From positions 25,325-89,324 of IMG/VR virus record IMGVR_UViG_3300006735_000020: DNA of 64,000 bases; one strand, written 5' to 3'. The translations under genes and the position numbers were made by a program. This document shows positions 1 through 9,397 of the stretch, piece by piece. Source of the DNA: a virus. Within the stretch, counting starts at the first letter, position 1. Each line of letters opens with the position of its first letter. The notes under the pieces are model-generated. The model saw only the letters and a program-made list of their open reading frames with translations. It did not search any database and was not told where the DNA came from.

Positions 1-1005
1 GATAATTACATCAATGAACCATTAGAAAGAGGCGATAGTAGTTCCCCTACTTTTATATATACAAATAATACACCGATTCTAATTGAAACTCATTTTACTA
101 CTAGCGGTGGTCCTTTCTACGGTACACTTGCGATACAGGAGCTTATAAACAAAGCAATAACTAAACTAGCAGGTGAAACGATGGGTGTGTATGGTGGTAA
201 TTATACACCTAACACAGTTGATATTGATGAAGAACTTTTAAAAGGTATTTCATCAAGTGATGATGATAGTTATGGTGTTGTACGTACAACACCACCGCCG
301 GATGAAACCACTCCTCCACCACCTCCAGTAACCCAACCTCCGTGTCCTGAAGGTAAGGAAAGAGTTAACGGTGAATGTGTAGATGTTTGTCCTGACGGTT
401 GGAGGCGTAATGAACAGGGTATATGCTATGATCCGTATCCTGAGCCGGTTGATGAATCGGATGGTTCATTAAACGGTAGCCCGATCATAAGAACACCAGA
501 TTTACCCGGATTAATATTTTCTGATCCAACCGACGGTAGTAGTAGTGATTTTAGGATATATGAAGATCCTACTACTGAGCCACCGTATAGAACTACACCA
601 CCGTATACTACGCCACCTTATACGACTACACCGACGTATACCACACCGACGTATACCACACCGGTATATACTACCCCACCGCCGCCATGTACAACTATTC
701 CACCACATATTGTACCACCGGGAGAGAGCTTTCCTCCAGATCCTAGAACCCCAATAATTACTCTACCTCCTGAACCACCAGAGCCGCCGGAGCTACCGGA
801 AACACCTGAGACTCAAGAGGTGCCGATATTTTTATATCCGGCTCCTATTTTACCGTTACAAACACCGTTCATAATGGACGAGGTTACAACTACGACTACT
901 ACAACTACTACAACTACTACTACGACAACGACAGTTCCTCCTGTATTAACGGTGACTACAACTATTTGTCCGGAGGATGAAGATTGCAATAACCTACAGT
1001 TTTAG
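1..1005 (+). CDS. Pro/Thr-rich mucin-like protein, 5'-truncated (probable virion surface/fibre protein)
   Basis: Frame 1 is open from base 1 to the stop at 1005. It contains TTPP(Y) repeats, a run of 16 Thr and a Cys-spaced EGF-like segment (CPEGKERVNGECVDVCPDGW...C). Confidence 0.75.
   Translation, partial: DNYINEPLERGDSSSPTFIYTNNTPILIETHFTTSGGPFYGTLAIQELINKAITKLAGETMGVYGGNYTPNTVDIDEELLKGISSSDDDSYGVVRTTPPPDETTPPPPPVTQPPCPEGKERVNGECVDVCPDGWRRNEQGICYDPYPEPVDESDGSLNGSPIIRTPDLPGLIFSDPTDGSSSDFRIYEDPTTEPPYRTTPPYTTPPYTTTPTYTTPTYTTPVYTTPPPPCTTIPPHIVPPGESFPPDPRTPIITLPPEPPEPPELPETPETQEVPIFLYPAPILPLQTPFIMDEVTTTTTTTTTTTTTTTTVPPVLTVTTTICPEDEDCNNLQF
580..687 (+). repeat. Coding tandem repeat (P-Y-T-T-P)n
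   Basis: Imperfect 15-bp units; ACACCGACGTATACC is exact at 628-642 and 643-657. Confidence 0.85.
886..933 (+). repeat. Poly-Thr tract (16 ACN codons)
   Basis: Mixed ACA/ACT/ACG codons all encoding Thr. Confidence 0.9.
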
Positions 1006-1016
1006 TAATTATTAAT

Positions 1017-1844
1017 GTGGGAAAGCTAACTATCGGAACTTGCGTTTATGATGACTATGAAGGTCTCTATTTTACTATTCAATCCTTAAGATTACATCAT
1101 AAAGAGGTATTAGATAGGCTAGAATTTGTTATCATTAATAACAACCCAAAATCAGCACAAGGAAGAGAGATCCGTAAGTTTGTCGACTGGCTTAAAGAGC
1201 CTGTAACATATGTTGAGTTTGATGGTTTCTCAGCAACCTCACTAAGAGATAAAATATTTGGTTTAGCTAACACTGAATACGTATTAGTATTAGATTGTCA
1301 TGTATTATTAGATCCTGGTAGCTTAAAGAAGCTTTTAGATTTTTATGATGCAGGTAAAGATCATCAAAACTTATTACAAGGGCCGTTAATATATGATGAT
1401 ATGAAGAATGTAAGCACCCATTTTAATCTCGATAAGTGGGGTAGTGATATGTGGGGCGTTTGGGATACAGATAAACGAGGTAAAGATCCTAATAATAAAC
1501 CATTTGAAATACCAGCACAAGGTTTAGGTTTATTTACATGTAGAAAAGATAGCTGGTTAGGCTTTAATAAAAAGTTTAGAGGATTTGGTGGTGAAGAGGG
1601 CTATATTCATGAAAAATATAGATTAGCTGGGCGAAAGGCTGTTTGTTTACCGTTTCTTCGATGGTTACATCGCTTCGGTAGACCTGCTGGTGTTCCTTAT
1701 CGCCCAACTAAAGAGGATAGATTCCGTAATTATATGATTGGATTCCAAGAAATTGGAAAAGATACTAATGAAATAATCGAAAGATTTAAAGGTAAAGTAT
1801 CAACAGAATATATCCAAGCCGTTAAAGAAGAATTAGGTTTATAA
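1017..1844 (+). CDS. GT-A glycosyltransferase, polypeptide GalNAc-transferase (GT27/GT60)-like
   Basis: LVLDCH (DxH), P-x-QGLGLF, GFGGEE and WLHRF..PY motifs in the same order as in ppGalNAc-T catalytic domains. Confidence 0.75.
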   Translation: MGKLTIGTCVYDDYEGLYFTIQSLRLHHKEVLDRLEFVIINNNPKSAQGREIRKFVDWLKEPVTYVEFDGFSATSLRDKIFGLANTEYVLVLDCHVLLDPGSLKKLLDFYDAGKDHQNLLQGPLIYDDMKNVSTHFNLDKWGSDMWGVWDTDKRGKDPNNKPFEIPAQGLGLFTCRKDSWLGFNKKFRGFGGEEGYIHEKYRLAGRKAVCLPFLRWLHRFGRPAGVPYRPTKEDRFRNYMIGFQEIGKDTNEIIERFKGKVSTEYIQAVKEELGL

Positions 1845-2072
1845 GTTACCTAAAGTAGCTTCTACCTTGAGATCATGCTTCATTGAATGAAATCTCTCAT
1901 CAATATACTTTTGAAAAGCGAGAGGCTTAATCCAGTTATTACTTTCAATATCGATATCTTCTCTACCACCTACTACTTCAAGCGCTTCAATTAGACAAGC
2001 CCAACGAACTAGTTCATCAAAGTCCATCGTCTTCGTTGTACCGTCTTTTAGTTTAAATTCATGTTTATTCAT
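1839..2072 (-). CDS. Hypothetical protein
   Basis: 77-aa ORF with TATAAT 6 nt upstream of ATG. Confidence 0.65.
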   Translation of the reverse strand: MNKHEFKLKDGTTKTMDFDELVRWACLIEALEVVGGREDIDIESNNWIKPLAFQKYIDERFHSMKHDLKVEATLGNL

Positions 2073-2084
2073 AATATAATTATA

Positions 2085-2540
2085 TTATAGTTCCGTTCCT
2101 GGCTTATAGTCAGATGTTATTTTTATATCCTGGCTTTCGCTTACTTCTTTCGCTAAGTCAGAGAATGTCTTATTAACATCGAGAGTTTCGGTTAGGAGCG
2201 TTGGTACTAGATTTATATCTACTCTATATGTATTGTTACACTTATCACATGTAAATGTATTATCCATATTTACAAATACATTCTGCTGAAAAGTATTATT
2301 ATTACATGGGCATACAATTGTCGCTTCATTAAGATCGAGAAGTTGTTGTAATTCTCCTTCAAACTCTGCAGTAAGATTATCTACTTTATTAATCTTGAGA
2401 GATGAAACAATAAAAGCAATTAAAAACTGACAAACAAAAACGAGAACTGTAGTCTCCCAAAATCCAAATATATTGCGTAATCCAAAACCAATAGCAAGAG
2501 ATACAAGTATAGTAATAAAAAACGACCTTAAGATAGTCAT
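2085..2540 (-). CDS. Membrane protein with CxC...CxxC zinc-ribbon
   Basis: Two N-terminal hydrophobic helices, then CPC and CDKC. Confidence 0.65.
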   Translation of the reverse strand: MTILRSFFITILVSLAIGFGLRNIFGFWETTVLVFVCQFLIAFIVSSLKINKVDNLTAEFEGELQQLLDLNEATIVCPCNNNTFQQNVFVNMDNTFTCDKCNNTYRVDINLVPTLLTETLDVNKTFSDLAKEVSESQDIKITSDYKPGTEL

Positions 2541-2863
2541 ATAGCTATTTTAGCCATATCCTCTGGAATATCAAGTAGTAGTTCGTTAATTTGATCAATT
2601 TTATTGTTAATTTGATCAATAACACCACCAGCAATATTTTCATTAGATTTTGCTGCTGCTAACATATTTCTTACTTCAACTAAATTTGTAAACGTGTCTC
2701 CTAGGAGCTGATTCATTTGCTGTAAGTGATATGGTAAGATAGGCGGCGCTTTTTGGTGTTTTTCATTATCCTTATACATACCCATTTGATCTGAAGCATT
2801 CATATGAAAGTTGATAGGCTTATCTTCTGGGCCTACGCTGTAAGGAAATTCTGGTCCATCCAT
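2537..2863 (-). CDS. Hypothetical late protein
   Basis: 108-aa ORF with TAAATA 5 nt upstream. Confidence 0.65.
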   Translation of the reverse strand: MDGPEFPYSVGPEDKPINFHMNASDQMGMYKDNEKHQKAPPILPYHLQQMNQLLGDTFTNLVEVRNMLAAAKSNENIAGGVIDQINNKIDQINELLLDIPEDMAKIAI

Positions 2864-2868
2864 GTAAT

Positions 2869-2890
2869 TATTTATGCTAGAGACTAAATA
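2869..2890. promoter_or_regulatory. Divergent pair of T4-type late promoters (TAAATA)
   Basis: TAAATA on minus (2869-2874) and plus (2885-2890), each 5 nt from an ATG. Confidence 0.7.
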
Positions 2891-2895
2891 ATTTT

Positions 2896-3333
2896 ATGAC
2901 CAAATTTGAAAACCGTTTTTTTAAATCTCTTAATGAACAAGCTGAAGAGGAGAGAGCAGCTTTTGAAGCAGAATTAGAGGATAATACCGAGGCTGGTGAT
3001 TTTGACGTAGATGTTGAAGTAGATGAAGTTGCTGTTGATGAAGATCCAAATGTAAAGGCTGCACAAGCTGTTAGCGAGCGCAACGCGGCTATGAGAACTA
3101 AGCTTGAAGGTTGGGTTGGTGAAATTGAACAGTTTTTAGAGTACTTAAATGGTTCATCTCCAGATTCAATTCAAACTCTACTAGCTAATGCTGAGCCTGA
3201 TACAATCTTTGATCGTATGAAAGCTTCTGAACAGCGTAAAATTGCTAGAGTTGCTACAGAGCTAGCTGCTCTAAACGAGTCGTTTAAAGGTTATATTGCC
3301 CAGACCGGAAATGCTCAGTTTAAATACGTTTGA
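2896..3333 (+). CDS. Acidic late protein, putative head internal protein
   Basis: N-terminus MTKFENRFFKSLNE resembles a capsid-targeting sequence; late promoter upstream. Confidence 0.65.
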   Translation: MTKFENRFFKSLNEQAEEERAAFEAELEDNTEAGDFDVDVEVDEVAVDEDPNVKAAQAVSERNAAMRTKLEGWVGEIEQFLEYLNGSSPDSIQTLLANAEPDTIFDRMKASEQRKIARVATELAALNESFKGYIAQTGNAQFKYV

Positions 3334-4376
3334 TTTCGATATTTTTTAATCTCAGATAATCTCACAATACCTTCGATTCCATCGAAGGTATTTTTTTCTA
3401 TAAAGCTCCACTTTATTTCATCTATCTTACAAGCAATTGCAATATCATTAAAGTCTTTAAATCTCTTGCCAAACTTCTCCGGCCATATAAACACTCTCTC
3501 TCCTTGTTTGAGTAGTACTTCAGACTTTACTAAGGATGCCTGATCAACCCACTGTGAATCAAGGATCCACGTTTTATCATACCATTTAAGCGTTGTATTT
3601 AACTGCTCTTCTTGCCGTTGTGTAAACGATTTACCACGTTCAGTAATACCTGCTACAGCAATTGAATTTTTCGTAAAGAAAGCATTAATTGGCCCCTCAA
3701 AAATATAAACACAATCATGATCACTACTTACACGATTAATATTAAAGAGCGTTTTTTCAGCATTTACCTTTCCTAAATATTTCGGTTTAACTTTATTATC
3801 TTTGTTTAGGACGGTCCTTGTTTGATAGAACTCTATTTCATCACGCTCATTAAAAAAAGGTATAACGAGTCTATTTTTATGTACCATATCAGTTAATGAT
3901 ACATATAACGATGAAGGTTTGTTTATCGCGGTATCTAATCGCCGCTCTTTAATTAAATGTCTAACAGCTGTAACAACGTTACTACTATTATAAAAGTTAA
4001 GCTGAAGCTCGTCAGACAAATTAATACTATCCTTAGGTAAGGTAGCGACTTTAAAGTTTGGTTTAGTATCTTCACTTCTTTCAACAATATCTTCAGCATC
4101 TGGAACATGATCTTTTAATTCTTTAATTATATCTTTATCCGTAGTACCTGATACTTCTTTTATCCATCTTAACGGTTTACCAGACCACCCACAGTTATGA
4201 CAAAATATATTTTCATTTTTAGGTATGTAATAACATCGTCTTTTTTTACCTAATGACTTACCCTCTCTGCAGATAGGACAACTACATTGATAAACGTTAT
4301 TAAATTTGTTATACTTAGGATAAAAACCTAGCTCAAAGAATTTTAGTATAACAAAATCTTCAGGAAGCGATATCAT
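3315..4376 (-). CDS. gp61: DNA primase (T4 gp61-like)
   Basis: CPIC...CHNC zinc finger, RLVIPF, and Toprim motifs FEGPINA and KDFND. Confidence 0.92.
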   Translation of the reverse strand: MISLPEDFVILKFFELGFYPKYNKFNNVYQCSCPICREGKSLGKKRRCYYIPKNENIFCHNCGWSGKPLRWIKEVSGTTDKDIIKELKDHVPDAEDIVERSEDTKPNFKVATLPKDSINLSDELQLNFYNSSNVVTAVRHLIKERRLDTAINKPSSLYVSLTDMVHKNRLVIPFFNERDEIEFYQTRTVLNKDNKVKPKYLGKVNAEKTLFNINRVSSDHDCVYIFEGPINAFFTKNSIAVAGITERGKSFTQRQEEQLNTTLKWYDKTWILDSQWVDQASLVKSEVLLKQGERVFIWPEKFGKRFKDFNDIAIACKIDEIKWSFIEKNTFDGIEGIVRLSEIKKYRNQTYLN

Positions 4377-5244
4377 TTAACTTATTATATAAGTTTTTCA
4401 TAAAAAACAAATTATGCCAATCTTCTTTTTTATCTAAAATTCTCTTAAAGGAATATTCCTCGCAATATTCAAGAAATACCTTATATGAAGGATCAACTTT
4501 AACAGCTAATTGATCTTTATAGTATTGTGCTTCATCAGGTAGAGACTCATACTTATCTAAACAAAATATATCTACGTTTCGTTTGAATATTTCGCGTTGA
4601 GAATCATCTAGCATAAATCCAGGATCTTCAAAATATTTTTTAACTGAAGCTTTACCAAAGCGAGGTATACCTGGTACATTATCCGACTTATCACCCGTCA
4701 AACATTTTGCAGTAAACCATTGCTCAACATCCTTATACCCTGTCTGCTCTTCAAAATTACTATCTTCAAAGAATCTCTTACGTATCGGATCGTATAAGGT
4801 ACACTCAGAACTAACCAATTGCAGAAAGTCTCTATCAACCGAGATAATTACTTTCGAACCTTCGTGCTCTCTACAAATATATGCAACAATATCATCTGCC
4901 TCTAGTTCACGAGGAAAGATAGAATTAATACCCATTGAGTAGAGTATCGACTTTATGACCTCGTTATTTTGATGAGGTGAAAGATCCTTAGATCGATTAC
5001 CCTTGTATTCCTTAAGGATGCTCTTGCGTATATTGGGTTTATAGTCTTGCTTTTCATCCCATACAAATATCGTAGTATCAGGAACAAACTGCTTCACGTA
5101 GGAGCTAACAGCGTTAAGCGTAAAGTAAATATGGAAGTTACTTACCTGGTAATCCGAGTGGTTCTCCGTCTTCTTCGACTGAATCTTCGCTGTATGATAT
5201 GTTCGGTGTATTAAATTGTTCCCGTCTATTATTAGAGTTTTCAT
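4360..5244 (-). CDS. rnh: RNase H / 5'-3' flap exonuclease
   Basis: IIDGNNL, YKGNR, EADD, SVDRDFLQL and GDKSDNVPGI motifs. Confidence 0.92.
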   Translation of the reverse strand: MKTLIIDGNNLIHRTYHTAKIQSKKTENHSDYQVSNFHIYFTLNAVSSYVKQFVPDTTIFVWDEKQDYKPNIRKSILKEYKGNRSKDLSPHQNNEVIKSILYSMGINSIFPRELEADDIVAYICREHEGSKVIISVDRDFLQLVSSECTLYDPIRKRFFEDSNFEEQTGYKDVEQWFTAKCLTGDKSDNVPGIPRFGKASVKKYFEDPGFMLDDSQREIFKRNVDIFCLDKYESLPDEAQYYKDQLAVKVDPSYKVFLEYCEEYSFKRILDKKEDWHNLFFMKNLYNKLNDIAS

Positions 5245-5494
5245 TTTTATTATATTGAGCCTCTACAACAGAATATACGTTTTTAGGAAGCTTCTCTACA
5301 AACTTAATTATATCATTGTTCCTTCCGTTATCAAATGATTCTATCGGAACATCAACGTTTTCCATTTGCGGTAAAATAAGACAGCCAATGGTGTCTTTTT
5401 TTAATTTTACCACTGCAAACATTTTACCTACGTAGTCTCCCGTCTCAACTGCGTATATATCTCTTTTACGATATTTCATCTGGACCGAACCCAT
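5138..5494 (-). CDS. Hypothetical protein
   Basis: ORF within the minus-strand operon; start uncertain; overlaps the rnh 5' end. Confidence 0.55.
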   Translation of the reverse strand: MGSVQMKYRKRDIYAVETGDYVGKMFAVVKLKKDTIGCLILPQMENVDVPIESFDNGRNNDIIKFVEKLPKNVYSVVEAQYNKNENSNNRREQFNTPNISYSEDSVEEDGEPLGLPGK

Positions 5495-5810
5495 GGCCTT
5501 TTATATGATGCATTTCAGATGCAAAGTATTTTAATAAAAACGAATTTAATGCTTCTTGTTGTTGTGGTGTTTTAGACGCTTTAATGTCTAAATGTTGCCC
5601 TTGAAAATCATAACCCAATAAAATATAACAATCTAAATATTCACTAATAATATTGCATAACCTACGCGCTAAATCTTGTCTTCTTTTAAATGTTTTTTTC
5701 TCAACTATACTTTGCTTAAGGGCCTTTTCAACCAATTCTCTTAATTCCTCATCATTTTCAACCGGATCCTCAAAATCTTCAAAATCTTTTTCTGGTTGAT
5801 CATCGCTCAT
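5466..5810 (-). CDS. Hypothetical protein
   Basis: 114-aa ORF; TAAATA at 5816-5821, 5 nt upstream. Confidence 0.65.
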   Translation of the reverse strand: MSDDQPEKDFEDFEDPVENDEELRELVEKALKQSIVEKKTFKRRQDLARRLCNIISEYLDCYILLGYDFQGQHLDIKASKTPQQQEALNSFLLKYFASEMHHIKGHGFGPDEIS

Positions 5811-5814
5811 ATAA

Positions 5815-6150
5815 TTATTTATTCAGAAAATCATTCTTATTCCTCTGCTGTACTCCGGATTTTAATAGCTTACTTACAACAACTTCAATTGAATCGGTTT
5901 TCAAACTAAAGTTATTGTTGAATATTTGATTACCGTCATTAAAGTTAAACAGATATTCTCCTTTAAATGGTGTATTTTCAAAACACGTAACATAGACAGA
6001 AGTTCCACCTGGATCAATTAAAACAGTCCACTTACGAGGATCAGTTTCACTATACTTATCAAATATTCGTAACGTTACAAAATCGTTATCTTTTAATCTT
6101 TTAATAAAATAACCTGCGGTTTTAAGCTTGTTCTTCTTCTGTGTATCCAT
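5815..6150 (-). CDS. Hypothetical protein
   Basis: 111-aa ORF tightly packed after the sliding clamp gene. Confidence 0.65.
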   Translation of the reverse strand: MDTQKKNKLKTAGYFIKRLKDNDFVTLRIFDKYSETDPRKWTVLIDPGGTSVYVTCFENTPFKGEYLFNFNDGNQIFNNNFSLKTDSIEVVVSKLLKSGVQQRNKNDFLNK

Positions 6151-6152
6151 TA

Positions 6153-6878
6153 TTATTGAGTTAAGGCTGATATAATATATTTTAATTTAATATCTTTATC
6201 TTCAATATCAAATACAACAACACCATATTCAGTATTTACTTTAACATTAAATTCTTCATTTATAATTGAAAGTAATCTAATATTATCTAAGTTTACCGGT
6301 ACAGGTTTTAACTCAATATTCGTCTTACCTAAGCTTAAGGTAAAATTATCGGTATTATGTCGTGCACGGTCAGTAAGCTCTGCCATTAAGTTATCACCTT
6401 CAGTATAAAAATATATTTTATTAGTCTCAGATGCAAAAGTACTGCCTTTAAATAACCGCTGCAGTGTATTTTTATTGAGCTTAAACTCAACATCAAATTT
6501 AAAGGAATTAATTTTTTCTAAATTAATATTAGGTCTAGTTATAAACCCTTCTTCAAATAAATGATACTTAAACTTAACACTATCACCTTTATACTCGAGA
6601 TTATTCGAATTAATATCTAAAGCTATATCAGTATCTTCTACGGTATCTAGAACATTACGCAGCTTTTTAACATCCGGAATATTTAGTGAGCTGTTAAAAC
6701 CAATCTCTGTTTTATATTCAGAGCACAATATTAAAGTACTATCAATACTTGATACTAAACTAGTTATTTTATTTTCTTGTAAATCAAGAATAACACCACT
6801 ATCATTTATTTTTGAAATAGCGTCTAATAACTTTAAAAATTCAGCTTTGTTTGCGACCTTTAATTGTCTTTTTTCCAT
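6153..6878 (-). CDS. gp45: Sliding clamp (gp45-like)
   Basis: 241 aa; FLKLLDAISKIN N-terminus, two-domain PCNA-like pattern, C-terminal LKYIISAL; replication context. Confidence 0.8.
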   Translation of the reverse strand: MEKRQLKVANKAEFLKLLDAISKINDSGVILDLQENKITSLVSSIDSTLILCSEYKTEIGFNSSLNIPDVKKLRNVLDTVEDTDIALDINSNNLEYKGDSVKFKYHLFEEGFITRPNINLEKINSFKFDVEFKLNKNTLQRLFKGSTFASETNKIYFYTEGDNLMAELTDRARHNTDNFTLSLGKTNIELKPVPVNLDNIRLLSIINEEFNVKVNTEYGVVVFDIEDKDIKLKYIISALTQ

Positions 6879-7329
6879 TATCTAATTTTAAGCTAATTTC
6901 TTTTAATAGCAAATTTTGCTCTTTTAAGAGATCAAGCAACTTATCTGTGGTAGAAGGTTCGGATAAGTTAAACTCCATTTGATCTGGATTCTCAACTGGT
7001 ATGGTATTAGGAATTTGTACTGGTACTGGAGCTTGCTGTAATTCAGCTGCAGCTTGCTCAGGCGTAACTTGTTGCACCTGTGGTGCTGGTTGCACCGGTT
7101 GGTCTGGTTGAGGTGCAGCTTGTGGTTGCTGCTGATATTGCGGGTGTTGTTGTACAGTAGGCATATGAGCAGTTTGTTCGAATACGGCTTTCATTTCTTG
7201 TGACTTAGGTTTTAAGTTAGTGGCACTTCCAACAATATTTTGATCTTGTTGGTGTAATTGACCGTATGTCTGGCCCATAAACTGCATCACTACAGCCTTT
7301 TCTTCTGGTGTCATTCCTTGTGTACTCAT
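6841..7329 (-). CDS. Gln/Pro-rich hypothetical protein
   Basis: Low-complexity Q/P centre; lies between gp32 and gp45. Confidence 0.65.
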   Translation of the reverse strand: MSTQGMTPEEKAVVMQFMGQTYGQLHQQDQNIVGSATNLKPKSQEMKAVFEQTAHMPTVQQHPQYQQQPQAAPQPDQPVQPAPQVQQVTPEQAAAELQQAPVPVQIPNTIPVENPDQMEFNLSEPSTTDKLLDLLKEQNLLLKEISLKLDNGKKTIKGRKQS

Positions 7330-7330
7330 A

Positions 7331-8164
7331 TTAAAGATCCTTTAACAAATCATCAATATCCTCTTCTACACTATCATTAGTAGCAGCTACCGGTTCCGGT
7401 TCTGCTGGTGTAGTATTAGTAGGTTCAGGGGCTGAAGTAGCAGGTACTTCTTCTTCTGTCTTACAATAATAATGCTCGTTAAGCATCTCTTTAAGTTCAT
7501 CGTAAGACTTTTGAGTAAACACTTCAGTAAGATCAAATGCACTCTCGTAGATTTCTTTCTGCTTATCATCCGATACATCAATCTTACCTGCAGTAGTAAA
7601 TCTTGATGATACATACGTCGGAAAGTCGCCTTGTTGCTCAACTTTAATCTTAAAGTTTACACCTTCACTACCTAGATCAAAGATACGAGGACCAAACTCT
7701 TCAGCATCTTCACCTTCAATAGCTTCAGTAATAATTTTTTGAAGCTGCTTACCGTATCGAAGAATTTTTACTTTACCGTTATTATCCGGATTAGCAGGAT
7801 CATCGATAACATATACGTTAACAAGCCACTTTTCCAAACGACGAATAGCTTGCATCTTTTCTTTCTCTTCTTCACTACCTGTTCTAAGAACCTTAAACCT
7901 CTCCTCAGCAATCGGATCTCTTTCACCGAAGGTTTGAGGGCTAAGCGTTTGAACATATTGTCCGGTTGCGAAAGAATTCCATCCATGATTGTAATAATGG
8001 AAAAAAGTCTTACTAGGATCTTTTGCATAAGGCAAAAGTCTTACCGTATAAGTATTACCTACTTTAGTAGGCATAATCTCGTTAAATGTAGCTGAACCCT
8101 TACTATCGGAGCTAGCTAACGCGTCTTTGATTGATTGAAACATTGAAGTATTAAAAGTACTCAT
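7331..8164 (-). CDS. gp32: Single-stranded DNA-binding protein (gp32-like)
   Basis: VRLLP, HGW, NVYVIDDPANPDNNGKV..YGK, GVNFKIKV, Y..SRF and an acidic tail DDLLKDL. Confidence 0.92.
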   Translation of the reverse strand: MSTFNTSMFQSIKDALASSDSKGSATFNEIMPTKVGNTYTVRLLPYAKDPSKTFFHYYNHGWNSFATGQYVQTLSPQTFGERDPIAEERFKVLRTGSEEEKEKMQAIRRLEKWLVNVYVIDDPANPDNNGKVKILRYGKQLQKIITEAIEGEDAEEFGPRIFDLGSEGVNFKIKVEQQGDFPTYVSSRFTTAGKIDVSDDKQKEIYESAFDLTEVFTQKSYDELKEMLNEHYYCKTEEEVPATSAPEPTNTTPAEPEPVAATNDSVEEDIDDLLKDL

Positions 8165-8170
8165 GCAATA

Positions 8171-8198
8171 ATTATAAGATCTAAAGAAAAGATATCAA
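8171..8198 (-). promoter_or_regulatory. Sigma70-like promoter TTGATA-N16-TATAAT
   Basis: -10 lies 6 nt upstream of the gp32 ATG. Confidence 0.65.
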
Positions 8199-8205
8199 CA
8201 GCTTT

Positions 8206-8505
8206 TTACAACTGTATATTCGAATTTGAATTAAGGAACTTAGTAATGTATTTAGACTTTGTTATTGCGGGTTCGAAGTCTATAAACAATTTTACTATAT
8301 CGTAGTTTGTTTCAATTGTTAAAAGTTCCTTTAAAATGTTTCTCAATCTTTCCTCTTGTAATACTAGTATAAAGATATTTTGTAGAGATAGTTTTTTACC
8401 TTTTAGCATTGAGCAAAACGTACAAAAGCAAAGAAGGAGATGCTCTGTCTCGTCTTTAATTAACGTTTTTGAGGGATTTGGGGATATATTTGATGTTGTT
8501 AGCAC
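8206..8505 (-). CDS. Hypothetical protein
   Basis: 99-aa ORF coupled to the DHH gene. Confidence 0.6.
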   Translation of the reverse strand: MLTTSNISPNPSKTLIKDETEHLLLCFCTFCSMLKGKKLSLQNIFILVLQEERLRNILKELLTIETNYDIVKLFIDFEPAITKSKYITKFLNSNSNIQL

Positions 8506-9374
8506 GGTACAAATGTTTTGGTTAAGTTTGCAAATTGTTCAGTTAATTTACCACCCGCTGATGATGCATGTCCTCCACCCTCACATATTTTTTTAGCTAA
8601 TATACTTACATCAACGTCACTTTCTTTCGAGCGTCTAAATGAAACTGTTTTAGCTTGAGTATTAACTATTATGCTGATATCTGTACTATATTTTTTAATT
8701 AAAAAATGCGCTAGCTCATTAATTGCATAATTTGCAAAAGTAGCTACTACACTATAGTCTTTTATCATCCCTGTAAATACTTGCCCACTATCTATCTGGT
8801 CTTTAAATTTTTTAAAATATAACTTTATAGCATTCTTTTCATGAATTGTAAATTCTCTATAACCATCTATAAACGCTTCTATAAATTTTTCAGTTTTAGG
8901 GGAATTTAAATTATAATAGACAGCATTTAGTTTTAATGATTCTTTATGTGTTGTGTTATACCAGTCGTAAGTACTAATATATTCTAACAGTAGCTTTTGT
9001 TTATCGGTTAAATGCTGTAAGTGTTTATTAAATTTATCTAACATTAAGTTAACGCAGGAATAATAACTATCATCTATTATAATTTTTGCTTCTTTATAAA
9101 GATGTTTATGCTTAATGTGACCTCTATGTGTATCAATAACAACAACATTATGGTGATCAGCTAACTTAATTTGTTCTGGCGTTAAGTCTAAGTCAACAAC
9201 AAAGACTTTATCATAATGATCTAATGATTGTTCTGCTCCTTTAAATTTACCGGTAAAAGTATACTCAGAAACGTCATTAATGCTAAATGTTTTAGCATCT
9301 TTATATAACCACTTTAATACAAGAGTAGCACCTGCTCCATGTAAGTCGGTATCTGTCCATACTTGTATATTCAC
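8499..9374 (-). CDS. DHH-family phosphoesterase (DHHA1 domain)
   Basis: DTDLHG, VVDL, IDTH, SFRR and GGGHASSAG motifs. Confidence 0.85.
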   Translation of the reverse strand: MNIQVWTDTDLHGAGATLVLKWLYKDAKTFSINDVSEYTFTGKFKGAEQSLDHYDKVFVVDLDLTPEQIKLADHHNVVVIDTHRGHIKHKHLYKEAKIIIDDSYYSCVNLMLDKFNKHLQHLTDKQKLLLEYISTYDWYNTTHKESLKLNAVYYNLNSPKTEKFIEAFIDGYREFTIHEKNAIKLYFKKFKDQIDSGQVFTGMIKDYSVVATFANYAINELAHFLIKKYSTDISIIVNTQAKTVSFRRSKESDVDVSILAKKICEGGGHASSAGGKLTEQFANLTKTFVPC

Positions 9375-9397
9375 TTCTAGTATTTACTAAAAGTTCC

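Noticed and set aside
580-933. Repeats as a CRISPR array or slippage microsatellite
   Set aside because: The repeats are in-frame, codon-degenerate and have no unique spacers. No CRISPR array or cas gene was seen in the window.
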